Positions 1-10,132 of a stretch of DNA of 64,000 nucleotides are shown one piece after another. The position numbers and the translations under genes were made by a program. The notes beneath the pieces are model-generated. The model searched no databases, was not told the DNA's origin, and saw only the letters and a program-made list of their open reading frames with translations. The first letter of the stretch is position 1. Every line of letters starts with the position of its first letter. The DNA comes from an uncultured Actinomycetota bacterium (GTDB lineage: Bacteria; Actinomycetota; Actinomycetes; CAVWCF01): contig CAVWCF010000005.1 in the NCBI GenBank assembly GCA_963753435.1, positions 64,001 through 128,000 on the forward strand, written 5' to 3'.

Positions 1-1
1 G

Positions 2-124
2 GACGTGATCGCGGTCCTGGCCAACGACGTGGTGGCCGCCAGCGCCAGCGCCGGCGGTGATCAAGGAACCGCCGCGCTGAGCCAGGCAGCGGCGGCGATG
101 ACTCAGTTGCGCCGCGCCTTGTGA
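2..124 (+). CDS. 3' end of an upstream gene (partial, unknown product)
   Basis: Open frame DVIAVLANDVVAASASAGGDQGTAALSQAAAAMTQLRRAL* with GC3-rich codons, ending at TGA 122-124; overlaps the end of the convergent SGNH gene. Confidence 0.5.
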   Translation, partial: DVIAVLANDVVAASASAGGDQGTAALSQAAAAMTQLRRAL

Positions 125-897
125 AGGGCCGACTCGGCGCCGAGCGCGACCAGGGCGGCCGGTAGCAGCACGTCGACGACGCGGCGCTGACCAGCCGCCG
201 ACGGGTGGAACCGGTCCGCGCCGAAGTAGACCTGCGGGTCGGCCAGGAAGTCGGCCCCGAGGAGTTCACCCAGCTGCACCGCGACCGCGCCGGCGTCCAC
301 GGTCACCGCCGCTTGCGCCGCGGCCAGCAGCCGACTCCATTGCCGCACCACCCAGCGCAGCGGGGGCTTGACCGGTCGGACCGTGCCGAGGTCGGGGCAG
401 GTGCCAACGACGACGACGCAACCTTGCTCCTGCAAGGCGTCCAGCACCCGCCGCAACTGCGTTGCGGACGTGCCCGGGCGGACCCGGGTCTTCACATCGT
501 TCGCGCCAACGACGATCACTGCCAGTTGCGGGAAGTCCGCGGTCAGTTGGCTCACCTGTCCGCCGAGGTCAGCGGTGGTGGCACCAACCTCGGCGACGCA
601 ACGCAGATCGATGCGGCGATTGAGCCGCTGGCTGAGCGCTTCCGCCAGCACCCGCGGGAACGCCTCCACTGGCGGCACGCCCCAACCGGCGGCGGCGGAG
701 TCGCCGAGCACGGCAAGCGACAACGGCTCACCTACGCCGTAGCTGCCGTCGACTGCGGGGGCGGGTTCGGTTACTGAACCGACCAGCCGCCGCGCCAGCG
801 CGATCTCAGCGGCCAAGACGGCCGCGCCGAGGGCGCCGAGCAACCACACACCGCCGGTACCCCAGGCGGCATGGGTGGCGATTCTGCGTGGCCTCAC
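103..897 (-). CDS. SGNH/GDSL hydrolase family protein
   Basis: Block I LGDSAA, block III GAND, block V DRFHPS; usual position divergent from cbs. Confidence 0.9.
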   Translation of the reverse strand: MRPRRIATHAAWGTGGVWLLGALGAAVLAAEIALARRLVGSVTEPAPAVDGSYGVGEPLSLAVLGDSAAAGWGVPPVEAFPRVLAEALSQRLNRRIDLRCVAEVGATTADLGGQVSQLTADFPQLAVIVVGANDVKTRVRPGTSATQLRRVLDALQEQGCVVVVGTCPDLGTVRPVKPPLRWVVRQWSRLLAAAQAAVTVDAGAVAVQLGELLGADFLADPQVYFGADRFHPSAAGQRRVVDVLLPAALVALGAESALHKARRN

Positions 898-919
898 TTC
901 CCGCGGAGTCTAGGCAACG

Positions 920-2305
920 GTGGCTAGCGTGCGGGGTGTGGACATCCACGACAGCGTCCTGGACCTGATCGGCAACACCCCGCTGGTACGGCTGAATTCG
1001 GTCACTGCGGGTGTGGCCGCACCGGTCGTGGCCAAGGTCGAGTACCTGAACCCGGGCGGCTCGGTGAAGGACCGTATCGCCGTGGCGATGGTGGACGCCG
1101 CTGAGCGGGAAGGGCTCATCAAGCCTGGCGGGACGATCGTGGAGCCCACTTCAGGCAACACCGGTGTCGGCCTGGCGATGGTCGCGCAGCGTCGCGGCTA
1201 TCGGTGCGTCTTCATCTGTCCGGACAAGGTCAGCGAGGACAAGCGCAACGTGCTGCGCGCCTACGGCGCTGAGGTGGTCGTGTGTCCGACAGCAGTACCG
1301 CCGGAACACCCGGAGTCGTACTACTCCGTCTCCGACCGGCTGGCCCGGGAAATCCCCGGGGCGTGGAAGCCGGACCAGTACTCCAACGCCAACAACCCCC
1401 GCAGCCACTACGAAAGCACCGGTCCGGAGATCTGGGCGCAAACGGATGGTGCGATCACACATTTCGTCGCCGGCGTCGGCACCGGGGGCACCATCAGTGG
1501 CACCGGCCGCTACTTGAAGGAGGTCTCCGCGGGCAGGGTGCAGGTGATCGGCGCCGACCCAGAGGGGTCGGTCTACTCCGGTGGCACCGGTCGGCCGTAC
1601 TTGGTCGAAGGAGTCGGCGAAGACTTCTGGCCGACTACCTACGACCGTGATGTCTGCGACCGGATCGTCGCCGTCGCCGACCGCGACGCGTTCGCAATGA
1701 CGCGGCGCCTGGCGCGTGAGGAAGGCCTGCTCGTCGGGGGCTCGTGCGGCATGGCGGTCGTGGCTGCGCTGGAAGTCGCCCGTGAAGCCAACCCGGACGA
1801 TCTGATCGTGGTGCTGCTGCCGGACGGCGGCCGGGGCTACCTGTCCAAGGTCTTCGACGACTCCTGGATGACCGCCTACGGCTTCCTGTCCGCCGGCGAC
1901 GGTGCGTCGGTTCGCGAGGTGCTGGCCGCAAAGACGCGCGGACTGCCGGAACTGGTGCACGTGCACCCCACGGACACGGTCGCCGATGCGATTCAGATCC
2001 TGAACGAGTACGGCGTGTCCCAATTGCCGGTCGTGAAGGAGGAGCCGCCGGTGATGGCAGCCGAGGTGGTCGGTTCCGTGGCCGAACGTGACCTGCTGGA
2101 TGCCTTGTTCACCGGTGCGGCGCAATTGGCTGCACCGCTCGGCGCGCACATGTCCGCACCGCTACCTACCATCGGCGCCGGCGAAGCCGTCTCCCAAGCC
2201 GTCGACGCATTGGGGGGAACCGACGCCTTGCTGGTCCTGGACGAAGGCAAGCCGGTCGGCGTGATCACCCGGACCGACCTGATCGGCTACCTCGCCACAC
2301 CCTGA
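920..2305 (+). CDS. cbs: Cystathionine beta-synthase with C-terminal CBS domains
   Basis: NPGGSVKDR PLP lysine, PTSGNTG, GTGGT, tandem CBS domains; start may be GTG 938. Confidence 0.95.
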   Translation: MASVRGVDIHDSVLDLIGNTPLVRLNSVTAGVAAPVVAKVEYLNPGGSVKDRIAVAMVDAAEREGLIKPGGTIVEPTSGNTGVGLAMVAQRRGYRCVFICPDKVSEDKRNVLRAYGAEVVVCPTAVPPEHPESYYSVSDRLAREIPGAWKPDQYSNANNPRSHYESTGPEIWAQTDGAITHFVAGVGTGGTISGTGRYLKEVSAGRVQVIGADPEGSVYSGGTGRPYLVEGVGEDFWPTTYDRDVCDRIVAVADRDAFAMTRRLAREEGLLVGGSCGMAVVAALEVAREANPDDLIVVLLPDGGRGYLSKVFDDSWMTAYGFLSAGDGASVREVLAAKTRGLPELVHVHPTDTVADAIQILNEYGVSQLPVVKEEPPVMAAEVVGSVAERDLLDALFTGAAQLAAPLGAHMSAPLPTIGAGEAVSQAVDALGGTDALLVLDEGKPVGVITRTDLIGYLATP

Positions 2306-2366
2306 TTCCGAGGACTGCTGGTGCGAGCAAGACCGTAAGTACTGTTCCGATGTCGAAGGGGGCGAC

Positions 2367-2795
2367 ATGCGGATTGGCTACAGGTTGTTGTTCGTGCTCT
2401 TGCTTGCAAGCGCTGGGTCGACAGGCTGTTCGTCGGTTGCGGACGACTCGTCGTCCGGCCCCAGTCCGGAACCCACGCGTGCCCTTTCCGAAGCTGAGCT
2501 GATTCAGTTGTGTGTCGGCGGCAAGTCGCAGCCGCTGTACGTACTGGGCAACGATGTCGATCCGCAGGCATACGTGGAGGGCACGATCGGCGGGCAGGGC
2601 CGCGAGATTGAACTGATCGGTCAGGGTAGCCCGGAAGAAGCGACTGACTATGGCGGCTTCGGTTACGTGGTCGAGGTGTGGCAGTTCAGCGCGACCGACG
2701 ACTCCGGCCAGGTGGCCGCTCTAGATTTCGTTGAGCTAACCGAATCCGGCACTTATGTAGCGAGCAGTCCCCTTATCTGCGTTCCTGCTGTGTAG
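2367..2795 (+). CDS. Hypothetical lipoprotein
   Basis: Signal peptide with lipobox-like STGC followed by a Ser/Pro linker; purine-rich RBS upstream. Confidence 0.7.
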   Translation: MRIGYRLLFVLLLASAGSTGCSSVADDSSSGPSPEPTRALSEAELIQLCVGGKSQPLYVLGNDVDPQAYVEGTIGGQGREIELIGQGSPEEATDYGGFGYVVEVWQFSATDDSGQVAALDFVELTESGTYVASSPLICVPAV

Positions 2796-2800
2796 GAGCG

Positions 2801-3514
2801 CTAGCCCGCGTCGACGGGTCCGTCGGCGATCCAGTTGCCAGGCAGTCCCGGCTCGTCAGGGACGGAGACCTCGAGTCCTACCGAGCAGGCGACACCGGTG
2901 CCGCCGAGCCCGCAGTAACCGTTCGGCACCTTGTACAGGTACTGCTGGTGGTACTCCTCTGCGTAGAAGAAGTCGCCCGCCGCGGCGATCTCGGTCGTGA
3001 TCGGCCCGTAACTGCGCGCCGACAGTGCCTGGGCGTACCGATCGCGGCTGGCGGTGGCTGCTGCGGCCTGCGCCGGGGTCGTGGAGTAGACAGCGGAGCG
3101 GTACTGGGTGCCCACGTCGTTTCCCTGGCGCATGCCCTGGGTGGGGTCATGCCCCTCCCAGAACACGGCCAGCAGCCGTTCGTAGGAGACCTGCTTGGGG
3201 TCGAAGACGACCTGGACCACCTCGGTGTGCCCGGTGAGGCCGGAGCACACCTCCTCGTAGGTGGGGTTGGGCGTGTAGCCGCCGGCGTATCCAACTGCGG
3301 TCGAGTAGACGCCGTCTGTCTGCCAGAACAGGCGCTCGGCGCCCCAGAAGCAGCCCAGCGCGAAGTAGGCGACTTCATGCCCTGCCGGCCACGGGCCGGT
3401 CAGTGGCGTGCCCAGCACCGCGTGCGTCGCCGGCAACGGGAACGGCCGCTCGCTGCGGCCGTCAAGTGCGTCGCCAGGCGTGACCATGCGGGTCTTCAGT
3501 CGTCCAAACAGCAT
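2801..3514 (-). CDS. msrA: Peptide-methionine (S)-S-oxide reductase
   Basis: [31 protein letters not shown] motifs. Confidence 0.97.
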   Translation of the reverse strand: MLFGRLKTRMVTPGDALDGRSERPFPLPATHAVLGTPLTGPWPAGHEVAYFALGCFWGAERLFWQTDGVYSTAVGYAGGYTPNPTYEEVCSGLTGHTEVVQVVFDPKQVSYERLLAVFWEGHDPTQGMRQGNDVGTQYRSAVYSTTPAQAAAATASRDRYAQALSARSYGPITTEIAAAGDFFYAEEYHQQYLYKVPNGYCGLGGTGVACSVGLEVSVPDEPGLPGNWIADGPVDAG

Positions 3515-3544
3515 TCGGCGCCTCCTGGGGTTCCGTTCATGGCT

Positions 3545-3570
3545 AACCCTGCGTGGCTTCTGGTTGTTCC
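3545..3570 (-). promoter_or_regulatory. SigR/SigH-type ECF promoter for msrA
   Basis: Minus strand GGAAC-N18-GTT, 30 bp upstream of the msrA ATG; msrA is a known member of this thiol-stress regulon. Confidence 0.75.
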
Positions 3571-3595
3571 GCGCGCTGAACGAATTGATCTTGTC

Positions 3596-3624
3596 CTCAA
3601 CCTGCGAACGGGACCTGCCGATGC
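3596..3624 (+). promoter_or_regulatory. Sigma28 (FliA/WhiG)-type promoter for the MCP
   Basis: CTCAA-N16-GCCGATGC, about 30 bp upstream of the MCP start. Confidence 0.7.
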
Positions 3625-3654
3625 CTGCCAGGAGTCCTGGGGAGGGAGCGCTGC

Positions 3655-5685
3655 GTGAGCGGGCTGCGGATCACGGCTGCAATCACCGGTGGAGTCCTGC
3701 TCGCCTTGTCCAGCGTGTTCGCCGTCCAGGCATCCACGCGCGCCGACAACGCGGTAACCAAGCAGACGCTGGAATTGACCGGTGCGGCCCGTACCGGGGC
3801 GGCAGTGGCCGGACAGCAGCTGGACCAGGCGCGCTTGGCCGCCGTGATCGTCAGCCGCATGCCTTCCTTCGCTGCCTACGCGACTGCGGACCCGGACGCG
3901 ACCTCAAGCCGAGAGCGCGGCGCCATCGCCTCGGCCCGGACCGGGTCGTTGGCCACCATGCTGGGCCTCGGCCAGGCGCTGCCGGCGTTGATCGGCACGG
4001 TCAGCCTTCGTGACGTAGGCGGGGCCGAGCGCGCCCGGGTCGCCGGTGGGCTACCGGCGGGAGACGATGCGCTGAGTCCGGACCCGAGCGATGCCCCCTG
4101 GTTCGAGGCCGCCACCGAGTTGAAGCCGGGTCAGGTCTACCAATCAGCGCCCTACACGCCTCAGGGCGGGCAACAGGTCGTCGCGACCGCGGTGACCGTG
4201 GCCGAGTTCGATGGGACTCCGGCCGGCGTCCTGGCCTTCGAGACACCCACTGACTCGCTATGGATCGGCATCGAGAACCGCGCGCCCCTGGATGTACCGC
4301 TGGCCCTGGTGGACGGGGGCGGCAACTTCGTCGCCGGAAACCCCGACGCCGTCGGAGACGCCGCCGCAGCGCTGGCCGAAGCCTGGACCGGCACCGAGTC
4401 GGCCGGGGAAGCCGGCGTGGTCGCAGAAGGCAACGTGGCTACGGAGACGGTCAACGCCGCTTACGCGGTGGTTCCGGCCGATTCGACTCTGCCTGGTCGT
4501 ACCGCGCTGGACTGGCGCGTCGTCAGTTCCGGTCCCACGGTCCAAAACGGTTGGGGAGCGCAGACGCCGCTGTCGGTCGGTCTGTTTGCGGCCGCAGCGC
4601 TGCTCCTGCTTGGTTCGCTGATCTCCTGGTTGCGGTCCATCCGGGCGGTTGCGGCCGAACGGGAGCAGGTGTCGGCCCAGCGAGACGAGTTGGCCGATCG
4701 CATCAGCGAGATCTCCGACGCGCTCGCCGCAGCCGCAGACGGTGACCTGGCGGTGCAATTGCCGATCGATGGCCTCGGCGATGACACGCTCAAGCGGCTA
4801 GCGGTTTCCTTCGACGAGACGCTGCGCCGGCTGGCCACGCTGGTCGCGGAGGCGCAGGAGTCCGGCAGGCGTCTCGCGTCTGCTTCCAGCGAGTTGCGCG
4901 CCAACGCGTCCCAGCAGGCCGGAGCTGCGCAGAGCCAGCAGGAGATCGTGACCGAAACAACGGCAACGATCGAGGAGTTGGCGGCGACCGCCGCACAGAT
5001 CGCGGTCACGACCCAGTCAGTCGCCGACGCGGCTGCCGCAACGCTGCGCCTGACCGAGGACGGTCGATTGGCTGTGGGGCAGTCGTTGGACGCGATGGAT
5101 CAGATTGCGGTGCGGGTGGATTCGATCGCGGATCGGGCGGGCCGGTTGGGGGAGAAGTCTTCGGAGATCGGTCGGATTCTGGAAGTGATCGATGATCTTG
5201 CGGATCGGACGAATCTGTTGGCGTTGAACGCGGCTATTGAGGCGGCCCGGGCTGGGGAGCATGGCCGGGGGTTCGCGGTGGTGGCTGCGGAGGTGCGCAA
5301 GTTGGCGGAGCGGGCGCAGGAGTCCACGGGGCAGATTCAGGCGATCGTGGCGGAGATTTCGGCGGAGACGTCGGCGACGGTGTTGGCGTCGCAGGAGGGG
5401 GCTGCGGAGGTTCATGCGGGGGTGGAGTTGGCCCGGGGGGTGGAGCAGGCGTTGGAGCGGATTTCGGGGATGGTGGATGAGACGACGACTGCTGCTAAGG
5501 AGATCTCGATCGCCACGCAGCAGCAGCGCAGTGCGTCCGATCAGGTGGTGTCGGCGATGACGCAGGTGTCCGACGCCACCCGCCAGCACGCCGCCGGATC
5601 GACGCAGGCTGCCGAATCTGCTGAGGAGATGGCACATCTGGCCGCTCGGCTGCGCGAGTCGATCGCCTCTTTCCACACCGCCTGA
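3655..5685 (+). CDS. Methyl-accepting chemotaxis protein
   Basis: Two TM segments flanking an extracytoplasmic sensor, HAMP-like region, hairpin-tip motif [27 protein letters not shown]. Confidence 0.95.
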   Translation: MSGLRITAAITGGVLLALSSVFAVQASTRADNAVTKQTLELTGAARTGAAVAGQQLDQARLAAVIVSRMPSFAAYATADPDATSSRERGAIASARTGSLATMLGLGQALPALIGTVSLRDVGGAERARVAGGLPAGDDALSPDPSDAPWFEAATELKPGQVYQSAPYTPQGGQQVVATAVTVAEFDGTPAGVLAFETPTDSLWIGIENRAPLDVPLALVDGGGNFVAGNPDAVGDAAAALAEAWTGTESAGEAGVVAEGNVATETVNAAYAVVPADSTLPGRTALDWRVVSSGPTVQNGWGAQTPLSVGLFAAAALLLLGSLISWLRSIRAVAAEREQVSAQRDELADRISEISDALAAAADGDLAVQLPIDGLGDDTLKRLAVSFDETLRRLATLVAEAQESGRRLASASSELRANASQQAGAAQSQQEIVTETTATIEELAATAAQIAVTTQSVADAAAATLRLTEDGRLAVGQSLDAMDQIAVRVDSIADRAGRLGEKSSEIGRILEVIDDLADRTNLLALNAAIEAARAGEHGRGFAVVAAEVRKLAERAQESTGQIQAIVAEISAETSATVLASQEGAAEVHAGVELARGVEQALERISGMVDETTTAAKEISIATQQQRSASDQVVSAMTQVSDATRQHAAGSTQAAESAEEMAHLAARLRESIASFHTA

Positions 5686-5704
5686 CGGCTCTAGGCTGCC
5701 GGGC

Positions 5705-6847
5705 ATGCCCGGTTTCGACACGATCGCCATCCACGCCGGCGCCGAGCCGGACCCGGCCACCGGCGCGGTCAGCCCGCCGATCTACCAGACGTCCACGTTC
5801 AAGCAGGACGGCGTGGGTGGGCTGCGCGGCGGCTACGAGTACTCCCGCTCGGCCAATCCCACCCGAACGGCGTTGGAGTCGGCCCTCGCGCAGCTGGAAG
5901 ACGGCGTGGCCGCGGCCGCGTTCGCGTCCGGCCTGGCCGCTGAGGACACGCTGCTGCGAGCCGTGTGCGCGCCAGGTGAGCACGTGGTCATCCCCGACGA
6001 CGCCTACGGCGGCACCTATCGCCTGTTCGCCCGCGTGCTGCAGCGGTGGGGCCTGGAGTACACCCCGGCGCCGGTCGCCGACGCCGCCGCGGTGGCCGCT
6101 GCCATCCAGCCCGGACGTACGCGGATGGTCTGGGTGGAAACCCCGACCAACCCGCTGCTGGGCATCGCGGACCTGACGGCCCTGGCCCAGGTGGCCCACG
6201 ACGCCGGCGCGCTCTTGGTCGTCGACAACACCTTCGCCTCGCCGGCCCTGCAGCGACCGCTCCAGCTCGGCGCCGATGTGGTTGTGCATTCGACGACGAA
6301 GTACCTGGGCGGTCACAGCGACGTGGTCGGCGGCGGCCTGGTCTTCGCCGATGCGGAGTTGGCCGAACGGGTTCGGTTCCACCAGAACGCTATGGGTGCG
6401 GTGCCGGGGCCCTTCGACTCCTGGCTGGTGTTGCGCGGCATCCGCACGCTGTCGCTGCGCATGCAGCGGCACTGCGACAACGCGGCTGCCGTCGCGCAGT
6501 TCCTGAGCACCGATGACCGGGTCAGCGAGGTCCTCTACCCGGGCTTGGCCAGCCACCCCGGCCATGAGGTGGCGGCGCGCCAAATGAGCGGCTTCGGGGG
6601 AATGGTGTCGTTCCGGCTCGCGGCGGGGGCCGAGGCCGCGGTTGCTGTTTGTGACCGCGCCCGCCTCTTCACGTTGGCGGAGTCGTTGGGCGGGGTCGAG
6701 TCGCTGATCGAGCACCCGGCGCAGATGACGCACGCCTCCGCGGCCGGGTCGCCACTGGAGGTACCGGCAGACCTGGTGCGTTTGTCCGTCGGGTGTGAGG
6801 CGGTCGAGGACTTGATCGCGGATCTCCGCGGGGCCCTGCCCGGGTAG
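5705..6847 (+). CDS. metB: Cystathionine gamma-synthase/lyase
   Basis: YEYSRSANPT, VDNTFASP, HSTTKYLGGHSD, AESLGGVESL. Confidence 0.92.
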   Translation: MPGFDTIAIHAGAEPDPATGAVSPPIYQTSTFKQDGVGGLRGGYEYSRSANPTRTALESALAQLEDGVAAAAFASGLAAEDTLLRAVCAPGEHVVIPDDAYGGTYRLFARVLQRWGLEYTPAPVADAAAVAAAIQPGRTRMVWVETPTNPLLGIADLTALAQVAHDAGALLVVDNTFASPALQRPLQLGADVVVHSTTKYLGGHSDVVGGGLVFADAELAERVRFHQNAMGAVPGPFDSWLVLRGIRTLSLRMQRHCDNAAAVAQFLSTDDRVSEVLYPGLASHPGHEVAARQMSGFGGMVSFRLAAGAEAAVAVCDRARLFTLAESLGGVESLIEHPAQMTHASAAGSPLEVPADLVRLSVGCEAVEDLIADLRGALPG

Positions 6848-6886
6848 GCGTTGTCGGGCTGAGGGCCGCCGGTCGGGCCGGCCGCG

Positions 6887-8125
6887 TTAGCCGAGGCTGC
6901 GGGGCGTGCTTTCCGGGTCCGGATGCACCGACCCGGGGATGTGCCGGGTTTCCGGCATCACCGCGACGGTGCCCACCGAGACTGCGGCCACGCCCGCGGT
7001 CACCGCGAACGCGGTGGCGTAGTCGAACTCGTCCGACAGCCAACCTGCCGCCATCGGGCCGATGAACGTGCCCGCGTCACTCGCCATTTGGTAGACGGCG
7101 ACCGGGCGGCCACCCCGGCCGTGGATGACGTCGCCGACGACCGCCGCCGACGCGGTGCCGACGAACGCCGAGCTGGCGCCGAACAGCGCCATTCCGATCA
7201 GGTACAGCGTCGCGTCATCGGTGAATACCAACAGCAGCATGCAGGCAACCCCGAGCAGCACGCCAAGCATCAGGTACGGCTTGCGGCCGCGCCGGTCGGC
7301 CAGGCGGCCGGCGGGCACCTGCATCACGGTCTGGACGAGCGCCGAAACGACCAGGCCGATGCCGATCCAGGACGCGCCCAGGCTCAGCCCCTCGACGACG
7401 AAGACGGGGATGAGCGAAGTGCGCAGGCCGAAGGTGGTCCAGCCATTGAGGAAGTTGGTGGCGACCGCGGCTCGATATGCCGGTTGCCGCAGCGCCTGCC
7501 GGATCGGGGTCGGTGCCGGTTCTTCGGAACCATTGGCCGGGCCGGCCCGCAACTCGGCGCGACGCAACGCGACCATGCCGATGGTGCCGGCAATGGTCAG
7601 CGTCACCGCGTAGACGAAGAACGGCAGCCGCAAGGAGATCTCAGCCAGCGGTCCGCCGAACGCCGGGCCCATGACCGCCCCGAGCAGGAAGCCAGCCATA
7701 GCGGTGCCAGTGGCCTGACCCCGCAGTTCCGGGCCGACGACACGCAGCAAGAGGCTCACCGCCGCCACGGTGAACATGGCCGACCCCACCCCGCCCAGGC
7801 CGCGCAGCACGATCAGCTGCGCGTAGTTCTGCGCGAAGCCGGCCAGCAGGCTGCTGACCGCGACGACGCCAATGCCCGAAGCCAGAATCAGCCGCTCGCC
7901 GACGGCGTCGACCCAGCGCCCGGACGCCAGTGCCGACACGAAGCGCATCAGCGCGAAAACGCTGATGACCGCCCCGGCGGCGAAGTTGCCGACGCCGAAC
8001 TCGCGCGCGAACAGTGGGATCGCGGGGGCCACCAAACCGAAGCCGACCGCGACGAAGAAGTTCACGGTGGCCACCGCCCATACCTCGGTGGGCAGGCGCG
8101 AACGGCTCAACAGGCGGCTGATCAT
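6887..8125 (-). CDS. MFS transporter (12 TM)
   Basis: Hydrophobic helices; motif A-like GRWVDAVGER and GRLADRRGRK. Confidence 0.9.
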   Translation of the reverse strand: MISRLLSRSRLPTEVWAVATVNFFVAVGFGLVAPAIPLFAREFGVGNFAAGAVISVFALMRFVSALASGRWVDAVGERLILASGIGVVAVSSLLAGFAQNYAQLIVLRGLGGVGSAMFTVAAVSLLLRVVGPELRGQATGTAMAGFLLGAVMGPAFGGPLAEISLRLPFFVYAVTLTIAGTIGMVALRRAELRAGPANGSEEPAPTPIRQALRQPAYRAAVATNFLNGWTTFGLRTSLIPVFVVEGLSLGASWIGIGLVVSALVQTVMQVPAGRLADRRGRKPYLMLGVLLGVACMLLLVFTDDATLYLIGMALFGASSAFVGTASAAVVGDVIHGRGGRPVAVYQMASDAGTFIGPMAAGWLSDEFDYATAFAVTAGVAAVSVGTVAVMPETRHIPGSVHPDPESTPRSLG

Positions 8126-8170
8126 GGTGAGGCGCAGTGTCTCAGCCGGCGGCTGGGGTCAAGGTGGCGC

Positions 8171-10132
8171 TCACCCGGCGCGACGTACCCCGGCAATCCG
8201 GCGTCGGGACCGCAAGAAGTCGGCGACCACGTAGTCGCCAAGACGATCCGACGCCGGGGCAAGCACCCGACCACCGTTGCGGCGAGCGACGTGTTCGACG
8301 AACCGTTCCAGCCGGGGGTCATCGCCGAGCCGGAAGATGGACAGCGTTGCGCCCCGGCGCGTCATGCGGTCCACCTCCGCCAGCGTGACCGAAATGGTCT
8401 CCGGCGACGGCGGGTAGGAGAAGTGCCAGTCACCGTCCCGTTGCAGGTGAGCGGTGGGTTCGCCGTCGGTGATGACGAGAACGACCGGTTCCGCGTCGGG
8501 GTGCCGGTCGAGGAAGCGGCCGGCGAGCATCAGCGCGTGCTGCAGGTTGGTGCCCTGAAAGCCCGGCACGTCCAGTGAAGCCAGTTCCTCCGGCCGGATC
8601 TGCCGGGCCATGTTGGCAAAGCCGATGACGCAGATGGCGTCCTGCGGGAACTGCGACGCCGCCAAGGCGTGCAGTGCCAGCGCGGTCACCTTGGCGTCGC
8701 GCCAGGTGTCGTTCATGACCATCGAGAAGGACTGGTCCACCAGGAGGACCACTGCCGCCCGCGACCGGCGCTCGGTCTCCAGCACGGTGAAGTCGTCCGG
8801 TTGCAGGCGGACCGGCCGTTGCCGGCCAGTCCGCCGCAGTGCGTTGCGGACCGTGCCCACCACATCGATGGGCTGCTCGTCACCGAACTGCCAACTTCGC
8901 GAAGCGCCGGTCAATTCGCCGGCGGCACCGGCCTCGTGGATGTCGTGGTCGCCCCTCGGCCCGGCGGACAGGGACGCGAAGACGCGTCGCAGCGCGGTCT
9001 GGCCGATGCGTCGCAGCGCCTTGGGGGACAGGTCCAGCCGCCCCTCGGACCGGGTCAGGTACCCGGTCTTCTCCAGTTCCCGTTCGGCTCGTCGCAACGC
9101 CTGCAGGTCGTCCACCGCTTGCCGACCCAGGGCGCGGCGCACCGCGTCCTCATCGACATCGTCGATTGATGCCCCCGGGTAGTTCTGCGCCAGCGCCTCA
9201 GCTAGGGCGTCCAAGTCGGACAACTCCGACAGCACATCAGTGGCCTCGCCCATTCCCAGTGGGCGCTCTCCGGACAGGTCAGCGGCCGCACCACCGAACA
9301 GGTCGGGGCGAGTGGACCGCAGCCCGGCGGCCAGTTGATCCAACTCCCGCTGCAGGTCCAGGTCCTGGTTCAGGGACTCCTGCATCAGTTCGGCCAACTC
9401 GGCCCGCTGTTCGGGGCTCAGGGCGTTCATCATCCGCTCGGCCGCGGCCGCTCGCCGAGCGAGGCTCTCGATCAACTCCTCGACTGACTGGGGGTTGTCG
9501 GGGAAGAACTCGCCGTGGCGCTGCATGAACTCGGCGAACTGGTCGTCGGTGTCCTCGCCGCGACCGTGTGCGCTGAGCAGGGCGTTGAGGTCCGCCAGCA
9601 TCTCCTTGATCTGCTGCTGAGCTTGCGGGTCGGGGTTCTGCAGCGCCTCGCGTAGGCCGGCGAACTGCGCATCGAGGACCTCCTGCCGCAGCAGGTCGTC
9701 GATCTGGGAGTAGGCCTGCGCCGCTTGCGGGCTGCGCCATTGGTACTCGCGCAGTTCGGACACCGCGCGTGCGGTTTGCGACGGCAGCGCGTCCAGTTGC
9801 GCTTCCCGGAGCCGGGCTTCGTCGTCTGCGTCCCCGAAAAGCGCCGCCCGTTCAGTGCCGATCGCGGTGTCCAGCAGCCGGCGGACCTCGTCCAGCGTCC
9901 CGCCCAGTCGTCCTGACTCGGCCAACTCGCGGCGGCGCTTGCGTACCTGCCGGAGCAGGTCGTCCAAGCCGCGTCCGCCCTGGGTTCCGTGCCGGAGCAG
10001 GTCGCGCAGCGCTTCGCGCGGGTCGGCGCCATCGAGCACGCGGTCGCCGATGTCGTCCAGTACCCCGGCGACGTCGAACGGTGGCGCCAGCGGGTCCGGC
10101 CCGTCCCGGTAGCGGCGGTATTTGCGGGTCAT
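8171..10132 (-). CDS. VWA domain-containing protein (Rv0959-like)
   Basis: Long helical N-region, MIDAS DQSFS, GTNLQHAL, ITDGEPT; 4-bp overlap with the upstream ATPase. Confidence 0.88.
   Translation of the reverse strand: MTRKYRRYRDGPDPLAPPFDVAGVLDDIGDRVLDGADPREALRDLLRHGTQGGRGLDDLLRQVRKRRRELAESGRLGGTLDEVRRLLDTAIGTERAALFGDADDEARLREAQLDALPSQTARAVSELREYQWRSPQAAQAYSQIDDLLRQEVLDAQFAGLREALQNPDPQAQQQIKEMLADLNALLSAHGRGEDTDDQFAEFMQRHGEFFPDNPQSVEELIESLARRAAAAERMMNALSPEQRAELAELMQESLNQDLDLQRELDQLAAGLRSTRPDLFGGAAADLSGERPLGMGEATDVLSELSDLDALAEALAQNYPGASIDDVDEDAVRRALGRQAVDDLQALRRAERELEKTGYLTRSEGRLDLSPKALRRIGQTALRRVFASLSAGPRGDHDIHEAGAAGELTGASRSWQFGDEQPIDVVGTVRNALRRTGRQRPVRLQPDDFTVLETERRSRAAVVLLVDQSFSMVMNDTWRDAKVTALALHALAASQFPQDAICVIGFANMARQIRPEELASLDVPGFQGTNLQHALMLAGRFLDRHPDAEPVVLVITDGEPTAHLQRDGDWHFSYPPSPETISVTLAEVDRMTRRGATLSIFRLGDDPRLERFVEHVARRNGGRVLAPASDRLGDYVVADFLRSRRRIAGVRRAG

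Noticed and set aside
5062-5500. Diversity-generating retroelement variable region in the MCP
   Set aside because: The bias is synonymous and C-depleting rather than adenine-specific, and no RT or template repeat is in the window
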